A DNA stretch of 64,000 nt from Octopus sinensis (Eukaryota), in the NCBI RefSeq assembly GCF_006345805.1, contig NC_043004.1:95046001-95110000 (forward strand), written 5' to 3'. A model generated the notes under the pieces. That model had not been told where the DNA came from, did not search any database, and worked only from the letters and a program-made list of their open reading frames with translations. The position numbers and the translations under genes were made by a program. Shown here one piece after another: positions 11,170 through 23,578 of this stretch. Position 1 is the first letter of the stretch, and each line of letters begins with the position of its first letter.

Positions 11170-11593
11170 TACTCTTTTACTTGTTTCAGTCATTTGACTG
11201 CGGCCATGCTGGAGCACCGCCTTTAGTCGAGCAACTCGACCCCGGGACTTATTCTTTTTGTAAGCCCAGTACTTATTCTATCGGTCTCTTTTTGCCGAAC
11301 CGCTAAGTGACGGGGACGTAAACACACCAGCATCGGTTGTCAAGCAATGCTAGGGGAACAAACACAGACACACAAACACACACACACATACATATATATA
11401 CATATATACGACAGGCTTCTTTCAGTTTCCGTCTACCAAATCCACTCACAAGGCTTTGGTCGGCCCGGGGAAGAAGAACACTTGCCCAAGAAGACACTTG
11501 CCCAGAAGACACTTGCCCAAGATGCCACGCAGTGGGACTGAACCCGGAACCATGTGGTTGGTTAGCAAGCTACTTACCACACAGCCACTCCTG
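11170..11593 (-). mobile_element. SINE family B with an internal triplication of AAGAAGACACTTGCCC
   Basis: Reverse complement of the family B consensus; tandem triple at ~11470-11520. Confidence 0.9.
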
Positions 11594-12134
11594 AAAGGAA
11601 AGAATGCAAATCTTTGAGAAGATTTGAACTCAGAACATAAACAAACATAAATGCTTCTGATTTACTATCTTTCAGCTCAGTGTGTAAATGAGAAAAAAAT
11701 GTGAAGAAAAAAATCAATATAAGCTACCAAAAGAGTAAAAGATAAACTTTTTTATACGTATTTATTTTTAATACACATTTATATGTGTGTGGCGATAAAA
11801 CACCGTATTCAGAGATTCAAAGCATTAAGAGCGAATCCCTGTGTTTTTAATACAATATCTTTGAGAAGTTTCTCTGCAACAAAATTTTGCAATTAGTGCC
11901 ATTCCAAGTTTATACACACGGGTATTTTAATCTAATGCTGTTTCATCTGTTATGTTAATTTAATACCACTTACTTAGCTAGCTTTCGCCCAAACCACTAC
12001 ATATGTTTTGTCTATCGATTTCTATATGCGAACAAGTTTTTGTCACTGAGGAGACTAAATCAAATGGAACACTATAACTGGTAATCCGCTGCCACTCACA
12101 CTGCTTTTAATACGTAAATCTATGGAAAGTTTCT

Positions 12135-12583
12135 GGATCTTTTCGGTTTGACCGGCAGATTTTTTCTAGCGGTGTCATTTGAAATTGTCACCCATAATTA
12201 TGACCCTAATATCGATCTATTGCATTTCAATCTGTTTTAGGGTTAGAGTTAGTTAGGGTTAGTTAGAGTTAGGGTTAGGGTTAGGGGTGGGAGGAAGGGT
12301 ATTTTTTTTCTTCAGAAATATAAATAAACCCAATCTGTTTCTGAAACGAGGGACATATTCATACGGCACAGAATGTTTTCACCTCAATGGACGTCATTGA
12401 CTGGTTGAAATTGCAGAAATTGAAGAAAAAAAACAACAAATATCTTACAAACCATAGAATTTTCTCAATAAAGCCAAGAGAGAAAGATGTTTTATAAACA
12501 CATTCTACCAGTATATGAAGTTTAAAAGCGTTTAGTTACGTGGAAATTATTTTAAAAAACTGCCGGTCAAACCGAAAAGATCC
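12135..12583 (+). mobile_element. Second copy of the Merlin-like MITE with an expanded TTAGGG/TTAG tract
   Basis: Colinear with 3922-4332; TIRs intact; imperfect TSD (AAGTTTCT / AATTTCT). Confidence 0.9.
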
Positions 12584-12661
12584 AATTTCTCTGAGACAAA
12601 ATTTTACAGTGTGTGCCGTTTCACGTTTGTATATACATGTGTTCTATATTCAGGTATGTTA

Positions 12662-12715
<54 letters not shown>

Positions 12716-13096
12716 TGGGGAGGAATAATAATGTGTGTCTACATAAAATGTGTTTGTTGTCGTTTCTAGAGAGAAAATGTTTGAGAAGTGAGTGAGAGAA
12801 TTTCCTTTACATTCTGCTGCAGCTGACATTAATTCCTGCTGCCCTGCGATAATATCTATAATGGGTGAGAAATCCCGGTTATTTATTAAGCGTAAAAGGG
12901 ATGAAAGAAAGAACCAAGTAGATGCATAAAAATTAAACATTTCATTGGTTGAAGAAATGATAATCTCAACTAAGTTCATGTTGATGGATTAGTCGAGATC
13001 CAACGCTTGTGATTGGTGGAAATAAATTATGCGCCAGATGGGCCAACTTTTCTCAAAATTTCTTCATTCGTCTGTACACAATATGTCAGTCACCGA

Positions 13097-13529
13097 AGGT
13101 AGCGAGCTAGCAGAAACGTTGGCACGCCAGACGAAAGGCTTAGCGGTGTTTCGTCTGCCGCTACGTTCTGAGTTCAAATTCCGCCGAGGTCGACTTTGTC
13201 TTTCATCCTTTCGGGGTCGATAAATTAAGTACCAGTTACGCACTGGGGTCGATGTAATCGACTTAATCCGTTTGTCTGTCCTTGTTTGTCCCCTCTGCGT
13301 TTAGCCCCTTGTGGGCAATAAAGAAATAAGAAACGTTAGCACGCCAGGCGAAAGGCTTAGCGGTGTTTCGTCTGACTTTACGTTCTGAGTTCAAATTCCA
13401 CTGAGGTCGACTTTGCCTTTCCTCCTTCCGGGGTTGATAAATGAAATGCCAATTGCGTACTGGGGTCAATCTAATCGACTAGCCCCCTCCCCAAAAATTT
13501 CGGGCCTTATACCTAGAGTAGAAAAGAAT
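13097..13529 (+). mobile_element. SINE family A dimer
   Basis: Two units; terminal unit ends CCTAGAGTAGAAAAGAAT. Confidence 0.88.
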
Positions 13530-13719
13530 ATGACAGTCACTGATTGGTTATCAATGGAGTCAGGACTAAATATTGTGTAAGATCAAAATCATTTAAGCAA
13601 TGGAGAAGAGCTCTTCAATACAACCTAGAATCCCATCTAGGAACAGTGACATCGCTAATAGGGAAGCAAAGAGAGCAACGACTCTAACAAAGCACATTTT
13701 TCAAAATAGGTGTCTTTCC

Positions 13720-13846
13720 CCACAGTTCCAGGTTCAGTCCCACTGTGTGGCCCCTTGGACCAGTGTCTTCTACTATAGCCTCCGGTCGACCAAAGCCTTG
13801 TGAGTGGATTTGGTAGACGGAAACTGAAAGGAGCCCGTCGTATATA

Positions 13847-13898
<52 letters not shown>

Positions 13899-14125
13899 GT
13901 GTGTGTGTGTGTGTATACGTTTGTGTGTCTGTGTTTGTCCCCCCAACATCGCTTGACAACCGATGCTGGTGTGTTTACGTACACGTAACTTAGCGGTTCG
14001 GCAAAAGAGACCGATAGAATAAGTACTAGGCTTACAAAAAATAAGTCCTGGGGTCGATTTGCTCGACTAAAGGCGGTGCTCCAGCATGGCCGCAGTCAAA
14101 TGACTGAAACAAGTAAAAGAGTAAA
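13720..14125 (+). mobile_element. SINE family B, 5'-truncated
   Basis: Matches family B from the B-box onward. Confidence 0.85.
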
Positions 14126-14397
14126 ACTAAAAGAATAACACTTTAGTTTACTTATGCGATAAAAGTCGAATCTCTTTATACTTTTGTTAAACGCGTGGAC
14201 TTCGAAGAGCTTTCTGGGGGTCATTACTTTATTTGACCAACATTGCGCTCAATCTTCTGTGATATGTCGGTGGCCATTGACATCTGAAGACTCCAAACAA
14301 ACTTTGATGTCATAACGTCACGACACTCGACGATCCCGTGGGGTTTCTTCGTGTTTTTCACGTCACACCTATATCAGTAGTTGTAAGTTTCATAAAT

Positions 14398-14799
14398 AAT
14401 GGTTTCCAATTTTGCCGCAAGGGGAGCAATTTTGGAGGAAGGGGAGGAATCGATTACATCAACCCCACTGTTGAATTGGTACTTATTTTATCTACCCCGA
14501 AATGATGAAAGGTAAAGTCGATCTCATCGGAATTTGAACTCACAACGTAGCGACGGGTGAAATACCTATTTCTTTACTGCCCACAGGGGGCTAAACACAG
14601 AGGAGACAAACAAGGACAGACAGACGGATTAAGTCGCTTATATCGACCCCAGTGCGTAACTGGTACTTAATTTATCGACCCCGGAAGGATGAAAGGCAAA
14701 GTCGACCTCGGCGGCATTTGAACTCAGAACGTAACGGCAAACCAAATACTGCAAAGCATTTCGCCCGACGTACTAACGATTCTGCCAGTTCGCCGCCTT
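14398..14799 (-). mobile_element. SINE family A, one full unit plus a variant unit
   Basis: Reverse complement of the family A core occurs twice. Confidence 0.85.
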
Positions 14800-15206
14800 A
14801 AGTGTCATACATAATGACCTTGATACTGAAACATGAAATTAATGAATGTAGAATACAATTAAATATATTATAACTAATGAAATATTTCGCGTAATATGAG
14901 AAATATGTTTGGTATGTATCATGGCGATTCTTTTATGTGCTCACTGCCCTTAACTTTAGAACCCGGCAACCTCTGTCTAGGAAATATTTATTTTACTTTG
15001 GTTTTCAGTTTTCTAACACCACAAACTAGACATAAACTCCAACCCAAGAGGCTGCCTCTCTTGTTTTCAATATGAACAGCTTCCTGTCTACCTGCTCATT
15101 AATTTGATCTTGCATATCCACCCACTTTTCTATCCGAAATTTTCCTAACTTCGTTCAATCGAACCTACCGATGAGGAAGACTCTGTACATTCGTTTCATC
15201 TCATAG

Positions 15207-15255
15207 AAATATCGGCAAAGACTTTTTAAATTAGCACTGTGTTGCCTTGAAAAGA
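15207..15255 (+). CDS. Candidate internal exon of an unidentified host gene (KYRQRLFKLALCCLEK)
   Basis: Acceptor TTTCATCTCATAG, donor GTGAGT, open frame, phase 0 to 1; compatible with 19472-19512. Not supported by homology. Confidence 0.35.
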
Positions 15256-15403
15256 GTGAGTACGAGTACATGTGATAATGTGCTGCTAAACACTTTATAT
15301 CTAGAACAATGGAATAGGGTAGTCAAAGATGCTTTTCATTTGACGTTAAGTCTGCTCAATCAAGGCTGATTTGGAGCAAAACAACAAATAATATGCTTTA
15401 TAT

Positions 15404-15747
15404 CAGTGCTTCTCAACTGGGGTCCAAATGACCCCTAAGGGTCCATATAAGATTTTTGGGGTTCCACTCAACAAAATACTAAATTGTGGATCCACAATAG
15501 TATTTTAAGGGCCCCTGAAAAAATTTTGCTTTATATTGCTATGTATTGCAAGAAATAGCTAGGTTTTTTTTTTCTCTAACAATTTACATAGTTCGACCTA
15601 CACAAGTTGATATGTGATGAACAAAATAGGAATTTTGAAACAAGTTTCTATGAAACTAGTTTTTAAACATCAGATGGCCATGGGGTTCCACCAGAACAAA
15701 GTAGTAATCAAAGGGGTCCATAGATAAGAAATGGTTGAGAACTTCTG
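15404..15747 (+). mobile_element. hAT-type MITE
   Basis: TIRs CAGTGCTTCTCAAC / GTTGAGAACTTCTG; 8-bp flanks CTTTATAT / CTTTAGTT; decayed copy at ~41175-41530 (-). Confidence 0.75.
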
Positions 15748-15814
15748 CTTTAGTTGTATATATTGGTTATGTGTTGCAAGAAGCAGCTCAGTTACTTTCT
15801 TTTTTTCTTCTTCT

Positions 15815-16198
15815 TTTCTTTTACTTGTTTCAGTCATTTGACTGCGGCCATGCTGGAGCACCGCCTTTAGTCGAGCAAATCGACCCCAGGACTTATTCTT
15901 TGTAAGCCCAGTACTTATTCTATCGGTCTCTTTTGCCGAACTGCTAAGTGACGGGGACGTAAACATACCAGCATCGGTTGTCAAGCAATGCTAGGGGGAC
16001 AAACACATACACACACACTTATATATATATATACATATATACGACAGGGTTCTTTCAGTTTCCGTCTACCAAATCCACTCACAAGGCATTGGTCGGCCCG
16101 GGGCTATAGCAGAAGACACTTGCCCAAGGTGCCACGCAGTGGGACTGAACCCGGAACCATGTGGTTGGTTAGCAAGCTACTTACCACACAGCCACTCC
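15815..16198 (-). mobile_element. SINE family B
   Basis: Reverse complement of the family B consensus. Confidence 0.9.
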
Positions 16199-16305
16199 TT
16201 TCTAACTAGATATTTTGCTTGTTGCAAGATCAGTGACTGGTTGTCACTTTTTTTCTAAATATTGCGAGCTGGAACGAACTACTGCTACCAGTAAGGAATG
16301 GGTGT

Positions 16306-16353
16306 CCACCACAGAGGATGAGCACAATTAGCTCGAAACCGGTGGTCTGGTGG
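16306..16353 (+). ncRNA. Minimal type I hammerhead ribozyme motif (U4A variant, extra U after A9) in a ~370-bp unit with terminal direct repeats
   Basis: CCACCA-CAGAGGA-T-GAGC-acaatta-GCTC-GAAA-CC-ggt-GGTC|TGGTGG: stem I 6 bp, stem II 4 bp, stem III 3 bp, GUC cleavage triplet. Confidence 0.65.
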
Positions 16354-16914
16354 TCCCAACGTCGTCGCTAGGAGATGGTAGGGATTCGCTCCCCTGCTTG
16401 AAATATATATCGGATGCAAATTGCATCGGTAACCTGCTGGAGGAGGTTAAAAATGGTAGTAACCCTCCTGGGGTTAAAAATGGTAGTAACGTCGGTTCCT
16501 ACCGAAAAGCCTTGATGAAGTGCCGATAAAAATTACTTCTCAGGATAGTTACTCTTATAGAGATTTTCTAACTAGATACCTTGCTTATCAAAAATAAATA
16601 TTTAGCAAGAAAATGAAGTAGCTAATTACTGATATAATTTTTTTCCATGTCTGAGCAAGATGGAAGACAACTCGAAACATGATTCTGTCCTATTCTAACC
16701 TCCTCAGCAAAGCATAATCGCTGCATGCTAGCAAAAAGAGTGGTAAATAAAACACTAAATAAAAAAAACATACAAATTTGTATATTTATTGGCCACATTA
16801 TCATCATAATTACCCTCAGCCACTTCCTCATCATCATCAGCAGCATTATCATCAACGGCATCATGGTCATGGTTTTTATGCTCATTTCTTTTTCTATACT
16901 ATTGTTAATTGGAC

Positions 16915-17275
16915 GTGGAGGCGCAATGGCCCAGTGGTTAGGGCAGCGGACTCGCGGTTTCGATTCCCAGACCGGGCGTTGTGAGTGTTTATAGAGCGAA
17001 AACACCTAAAGCTCCACGAGGCTCCGGCAGGGGATGGTGGTGATCCCTGCTGTACTCTTTCACCACAACTTTCTCTCACTCTTACTTCCTGTTTCTGTTT
17101 TCAAAGGACCGGCCTTGTCACTCTCTGTGTCACGCTGAATATCCCCGAGAACTACGTTAAGGGTACACGTGTCTGTGGAGTGCTCAGCCACTTGCACGTT
17201 AATTTCACGAGCAGGCTGTTCCGTTGATTCGGATCAACCGGAACCCTCGTCGTCGTAACCGACGGAGTGCTTCCA
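16915..17275 (+). mobile_element. SINE family C, tail type 2
   Basis: Family C head and body plus a tail ending ...GTAACCGACGGAGTGCTTCCA. Confidence 0.88.
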
Positions 17276-17399
17276 TTCTGTAGCCAGATGCGCTTCCTGA
17301 CGCTAGATTTTATTTTGTATTTGTTTCAAATAAAAGTATTTTATTCTGTTGATCTTCACACGCAAGTAAAGTAACCGCTGAGTTTCAGAACGTATTGTG

Positions 17400-17545
17400 C
17401 ACAGCAGGCATAAACATACAACACTCACGTACACACTAACACATGCATACACACGCGCGCGCGCACACACACACACACGTATTTGCATATATAAATATTA
17501 TATATATATAATATATATATATATGTGTGTGTATATGCATATATA

Positions 17546-17590
<45 letters not shown>

Positions 17591-17736
17591 ATATATATAT
17601 GCATATATATATATGTATATATATATATGCATATATATACATATATATACATATATATACATATTATATATATATTATTATTATATATATATACATATAT
17701 TATATATATATTTTTATATTATACATATATATATAT

Positions 17737-17772
<36 letters not shown>

Positions 17773-17785
17773 AGAGAGAGGGGGT
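17400..17785. repeat. Compound (CA)n/(TA)n/(GA)n microsatellite
   Basis: Direct inspection. Confidence 0.95.
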
Positions 17786-18029
17786 GAGACCAGAATTTAC
17801 TCGGCTTACGATGATGGGTGATAATTAGGACATATGCCACGCATACGATAATTACAATTTGACTTTTATCAAATTTTTGGGTGCCTACACAAAATTTGAA
17901 ATACTAATGGATACTAATTTTTCAAGACAAAAATATTTATTTCTCTAAAATTGAATAAAACAATTTTCAATTTTCTTTTAAAATGCTGAAAACGAAATTA
18001 CTCTCAGTGTTAGTTCTATATTATGAAAG

Positions 18030-18065
<36 letters not shown>

Positions 18066-18291
18066 TATTTACATATATAGTTCTTTTCCCTTTCTGTCTC
18101 TGTGAAACTGTCTCTCGCACTACGTGTGTGTTGCACTCATTTACTTTACTCAATGCCTGCCACCAAGCTTACTATATGCACTCTCCCGCACGTCTTATGC
18201 CAACTCTCCCTTTCACTCTCTCTTCCCCTCTCTCTATGCGATATACAGAGTAACTGAAGATCTCAATCACATTTATATCGACTATGATATA

Positions 18292-18563
18292 TTCTTTTAT
18301 TCTTATATTCTTTTACTTGTTTCAGTCATTTGACTGCGACCATGCTGGAACACTGCGTGAAAGGGATCTAGTCGAAGAGATCGACACCAGGACTTATTCT
18401 TTGTTAGCCTAGTACTTATTATATCTGTTCCTTTTGCTGAACCGCTATGTTACGGGGACATAAACACACCAGCATCGGTTGTCAAGCGATAGCGTGGGGA
18501 CAAACACAGTAACACGCACATACACACACACACACATAAAAAACAAATACGTATATAATATAT

Positions 18564-18629
<66 letters not shown>

Positions 18630-19026
18630 CGCAGGAGTGGCTGTGTGGTAAGTAGCTTGTCTACAAGCCACATGGTTCCGGGTTCAGTCCCATTGCGTGG
18701 CACCTTGGGCAAGTGTCTTCTACTATAGCCTCGGGCCGACTAAAGCCTTGTGAGTGGATTTGGTAGACGGAAACTGAAAGAAGCCTGTCGTATATATGTA
18801 TATATATATATATATGCGTGTGTGTTTGTGTGTCTGTGTTTGTCCCCTAGCATCGCTTGACAACCGATGCTGGTGTGTTTACGTTCCCGTCACCAAGCGG
18901 TTCGGCAAAACAGACCGATAGAAAAAGTACTGGGCTTACAAAGAATAAGTCCCGGGGTCGATTTGCTCGACTAAAGGCGGTGCTCCAGCATGGCCGCAGT
19001 CAAATGACTGAAACAAGTAAAAGAGT
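18292..19026. mobile_element. Two SINE family B copies back to back: 3' half on - (18292-~18530), full copy on + (18628-19026)
   Basis: Family B consensus in both orientations, separated by (TA)n. Confidence 0.85.
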
Positions 19027-19471
19027 ATATGTGTGTGTGTGTGTGTGAATGTGTGTGTGTGTATACGTCATGGCACAGTTTGTGCCTATCAAATTTCACT
19101 AACAACCTGTCGGGCATTTGAAACCTAAAGATAAAATAGACTTGCCGAATGTTCTGTGCGACGCGATGGAACCCGAAATCAGTTGGTTATAAAGTGAACT
19201 TTATTACCACATATCCATGTCTAAAGAATTGTTTTGAGATTAAATAATTCAGAGATTCCATTAACTAAATGAAAAATATAATATCCATCATTGAGTAATA
19301 TTGTTTTTATTTTCTCCCCACAGCATATTTATTTCCAGTTAGAATTTTAATGTTCCATGAATAAATTTATGTCAACATTAACTTACGGAATGTTTTGTAC
19401 GGGGATGATGTAGCTGAATTATTTATTTATTTTATCTTACAATTTGTGAACAATAATATCATTTGTTACAG

Positions 19472-19512
19472 GTTTCAAACATGCCAATCACTGGTTCATT
19501 GCATTTATGTTG
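19472..19512 (+). CDS. Candidate internal exon (S-FKHANHWFIAFML)
   Basis: Acceptor TCATTTGTTACAG, donor GTAAGA, phase 1 to 0, in frame with 15207-15255. Confidence 0.35.
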
Positions 19513-19620
19513 GTAAGAATAGGACTGTCTGTGGAATTCATGTGGAACAATTACCACAAAAATTGTCATTCCAAAGTACCGGTTTCGAAATTTTCTCTCC
19601 AATATGTATAGTTGTCCTCG

Positions 19621-20007
19621 GTGGAGGCGCAATGACCCAGTGGTTAGGGCAGCGGACTCGCGGTCGTAGGATCGCGGTTTCGATTCCCAGACCGGGCGTT
19701 GTGAGTGTTTATTGAGCGAAAACACCTAAAAGCTCCACGAGGCTCCGGCAGGGGATGGTGGTGATCCCTGCTGTGCTCTTTCACCACAACTTTCTCTCAC
19801 TCTTACTTCCTGTTTCTGTTGTACCTGTATTTCAAGGGGCCGGCCTTGTCACTCTCTGTGTCACGCTGAATATCCCCGAGAACTACGTTATGAGTGCACG
19901 TGTCTGTGGAGTGCTCAGCCACTTACACGTTAATTTCACGAGCAGGCTGTTCCGTTGATTCGGATCAGTCGGAGCCCTCATCGTCGTAACCGACGGGGTG
20001 CTTCCAC
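19621..20007 (+). mobile_element. SINE family C, tail type 2, with 11-bp TSD
   Basis: TSD AGTTGTCCTCG at 19610-19620 and 20008-20018. Confidence 0.92.
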
Positions 20008-20489
20008 AGTTGTCCTCGAAAGATATTGGTCAACCTGGGGTTCTTGTAGAACCCCTTGTTATAGAATCAAACCAGAGATGTGGCTACAGAGAAAATGGTT
20101 TAACCACACAGTCATAACTAAACTCATTTAATATCGTCTCTGTTGCAGTTTAATAATAAACCAGTGAACGAGCATTAACCGTATGGCTCTCAGCAAACTC
20201 GTGACTTTGTTTCAAATGAGCACCCGGTGACTGATGTCCTGTCATGGAAACAGCATAGCCCGCAATGAAATTACTCTGTTCATACCCAGAATGCTGATAG
20301 AAGGAACTAATTTGTTTGTTTTTTATATATAACATTTGTGTGATTACAATTAACAGAATTTACACTGCTACTTCAATAACCGAGTACCAACAGAAAGGGA
20401 CGACAACCATTTACACCAAACAAGCAAAACACTGTGGCCAGCTTCAACTGCAAAAAACGCAGGAGAACTAGGTAAGATATGAGAATTAC

Positions 20490-21240
20490 CTATACTGCGG
20501 AATGCAGAATGCACACATGGCTCAAAGGAAGACACACCAATAGCTTAAGATCACTGGACTGAGTCGGATCATTTGCACAAGATCAATGTCTCACATTCAG
20601 AACCTATGACCATCACATTATCAAGGATGGAACAGATCCGCAATGCAAGATCTATAAAAGAGGTGATGAAACCATCGATCATTTATCTTTATATGCCTGA
20701 AAATAGCAAAGACCGAATACATTCATAGGTATCACAAAACAGCAGTATACCCACACTGGAAAATATTCAGGTGTTATAGAATTGAAAAGTGGTATGAACA
20801 TCAGCTAAACATAGTCGTTGATGATACTAATGTAACTACCTTACCCGGATATACCCATACATACCGACAAACTAACCTGACATCGTTACCAACGACAAGA
20901 AGGAATAGAGGTATCGACATTGTAATACCTTCTGAAAGAAGCACCTCTATAAAAATCATAGAGAAACTGTCCAAGTACCAAATGTGGATATCGAAATAAA
21001 TAGAATGTGGAATATGAAAACCGAAATAATACTAGTGGTCATTTGAACTCTAGAACTCATGAGGAAAGGAATGGAAAAAAAAAGTCACCATTTGTATCCC
21101 GGTGAATTGTAACAGAAATGTTTATACAGTCCAGAAGACCGCAATTCTTGAAACAGCTCACATACTACGAAAATGGTTGACAACAAGGAAGGTATCTTTC
21201 CAATAGCGCATCAAATCGATTTTTGGGACCAGCCCCACAA
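20490..21240 (+). mobile_element. Decayed 3' end of an R4/Dong-like RLE non-LTR retrotransposon
   Basis: Frameshifted translation: AQDQCL.FRTY.HHIIKDGTDPQC....ETIDH (CCHC region), KWYEHQ, DIPIHTDK, PDIV..DKK, IDIVIP, EKLSKYQ, EI.RMW, QKTAILETAHILRK. Confidence 0.8.
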
Positions 21241-21279
21241 AATGTACAAAAAGAACAGTAATGATAATAATGATTAATT

Positions 21280-22141
21280 ATTGACTTCAAATTTTGACTC
21301 ATGGCCAGCAAATTTTGAGGGGATCGAGTCAACTAAATCGCTCTCCAATACTTGACTTGTTTTATTTTATCGACCCAGAAATAATGTAAGGCAAAATTGA
21401 TTTCGGCAGGATTTGAACTCAGAATGTAAAAAGCAGAAAGAAATTCTGGTAAGCATTTTATCCGACGTTCTATTGATTCTGACAGCTCACTGCCTTCGGA
21501 ATGATCCTTTCTACTATAGGCACAAGGCCTGAAATTTGGGGGAGGGGGGAATGGTAGATAAAATCGACCCCAGTGCATAACTGGTACTTAGTTTATCGAC
21601 CCCGAAAGGATGAAAGGCAAAGTCGATCACGGCAGAATTTTAACTTAGAACGTAGCGACGGGTGAAATACCACTAAGGATTTCGTCCACCTTGCTAGCGA
21701 TTCTACCAGATCATCGCCTTGGTAACAGTGATAATGGTTTCAAGGCGGCGAGCTGACAGAAACGTTAGCACTCGGGGCGAAGTGATTAGCGGTATTTCGT
21801 CTGCCGTTACGTTCTGTGTCCAAATTCCGCCGAGGTCGTCTTTGCCTTTCATCCTTTCGGGATCAATTAAATAAGTACCAGTTACGCACTGGGGTCGATA
21901 TAATCGGCTTAATCCGTTTGTCTGTCCTTGTTTGTCCTTTCTGTGTTTAGCCCCTCGTGGGTAGTAAAGAAATAGGTATTTCGTCTGCCGTTACGTTCTG
22001 AGTTCAAATTCTGCCGAGGTCGACATTGCTTTTCATCCTTACTGGGTCGATAAATTAAGTACCATTCGCGTACCTGGGTCGATCTAATCGACTAGCCCCT
22101 CCCCCAAAATTTCGGACCTTGTGCCTAGAGGAGAAAAGAAT
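21280..22141. mobile_element. Cluster of SINE family A copies: two on - (21280-21720), a dimer on + (21743-22141)
   Basis: Family A core found four times. Confidence 0.85.
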
Positions 22142-22228
22142 AATGATAATGGTTTCAACTTTTAACACAGGGCCAGCTGTATCGGGAGATAGGTGTAAAT
22201 CGATTACATCGACTCCAAGACTCAGCTG

Positions 22229-22860
22229 AGAGCACTATACTTACAGCACAAGACCAAGCTTTGGCCACTAATTGGAGGGTCTGTCTTAGAAATGCGCAAG
22301 TGTCTCCATTGTGCCGAATTTGCAATAGATTTGTTAAAGCTATTTCCCATATTGTGAATGAATATCCTACACTTCCTCAAAACCAGTATATATTGTGGCG
22401 ACATAATGAGGTAGCAAAAGTACTGTATTGGAAACTGTGTGAAAAGTGAGGACTGAGAGGGGCACCCTGGTACGACCAAAAACCCACAGAGAGTGACTGA
22501 GTCGGAGATTTTCAAAATATTGTGAGATTTCCCAGTTCAAACAGACCATGTGAATGAGCACAACAAATGGGACCTCATGGTGGTAAACCACATGTGCTCT
22601 GTGATTGATGTTGCACGTCCATTTGACCCACAAATAGTTGAGAATGAAGGAGAGAAAGTTGATGCATACAACCCTTTTAAATACTAGCCTGACTCTGGAA
22701 AATGAAAATGCGCCGATATTGTTAGGACTTTGAGGGCGGTATCAAAAGATATTGTGAGGAATATGAAGTAAATGGGAATAGAGTGTCCTATAAAACTGTT
22801 ACAAAAAGTTTGCCTCCTTGGCACGGGCAGAATCATCTGGAAAGTATTAGTTTAAGAGAA
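22229..22860 (+). mobile_element. Second, divergent R4/Dong-like LINE 3' fragment
   Basis: ESTILTAQDQALATN...PLCRIC...ISHIV...RHNEVAKVLYWKLC...WYDQKP...DFPVQTDH...DLMVV...IDVA.PFD...EK...LQK.CLLGT.RII.KVL*. Confidence 0.82.
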
Positions 22861-22968
22861 CAAATAGCATGGTATCGTAGGCTGTAAATAGCTCGTCTGC
22901 TATTCATACAAGATTCCAAGAATTCCAACAAAACCTGAGTTCAATGAAAAATAATAAATGATAATTCG

Positions 22969-23096
22969 TAATAAGGAACGGAAGCAGTATTATTACTGTA
23001 GAAAGTCACAAAACTGCAGTTTGGACCTCGATAAAGCATTTTAATAAGGAACGGAAGCAGTATTATTACTGTAGAAAGTCACAAAACTGCAGTTTA
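22969..23096. repeat. 54-bp direct repeat pair
   Basis: TAATAAGGAACGGAAGCAGTATTATTACTGTAGAAAGTCACAAAACTGCAGTTT at ~22969 and ~23043. Confidence 0.9.
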
Positions 23097-23461
23097 TGTC
23101 TGTGCTTTTTAGCACAATATCTGGGTTTTTTCCAGACACTTCTGCACTTAGTCATTCTCAGGTACAGTCAGCTAGGCATAACCTGCGACAAGACTCCACT
23201 TTAAATTCCAGTTTCTATCCATCGGATAGGTTTCCATACAGTTTTCATCAACCCAATTTCTACCAGAAGGTAAGGGTCAATTTAGGGGTATAGAAAATTA
23301 CGTTTGGCACTGATGTGATGTAGTAGGATTGAGCCTGAGATTTGTTGGTTGTGAGGTGACCTTCGTAACCATTTGGGCTCATTATACCATAAAACGTTCC
23401 TACGTATGCGTGTTCGTAAGTACCTATCTACATACACATCGGCATACATACCTACACACAA

Positions 23462-23578
<117 letters not shown>

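Noticed and set aside
12236-12290. True telomere or chromosome-fusion scar
   Set aside because: The short, imperfect TTAGGG tract lies inside a TIR-bounded MITE present three times in the window.
12790-13090. Possible decayed transposase fragment (WISRDPTLVIGGNKLCARW)
   Set aside because: It has multiple stops and no diagnostic motif I could assign to a family.
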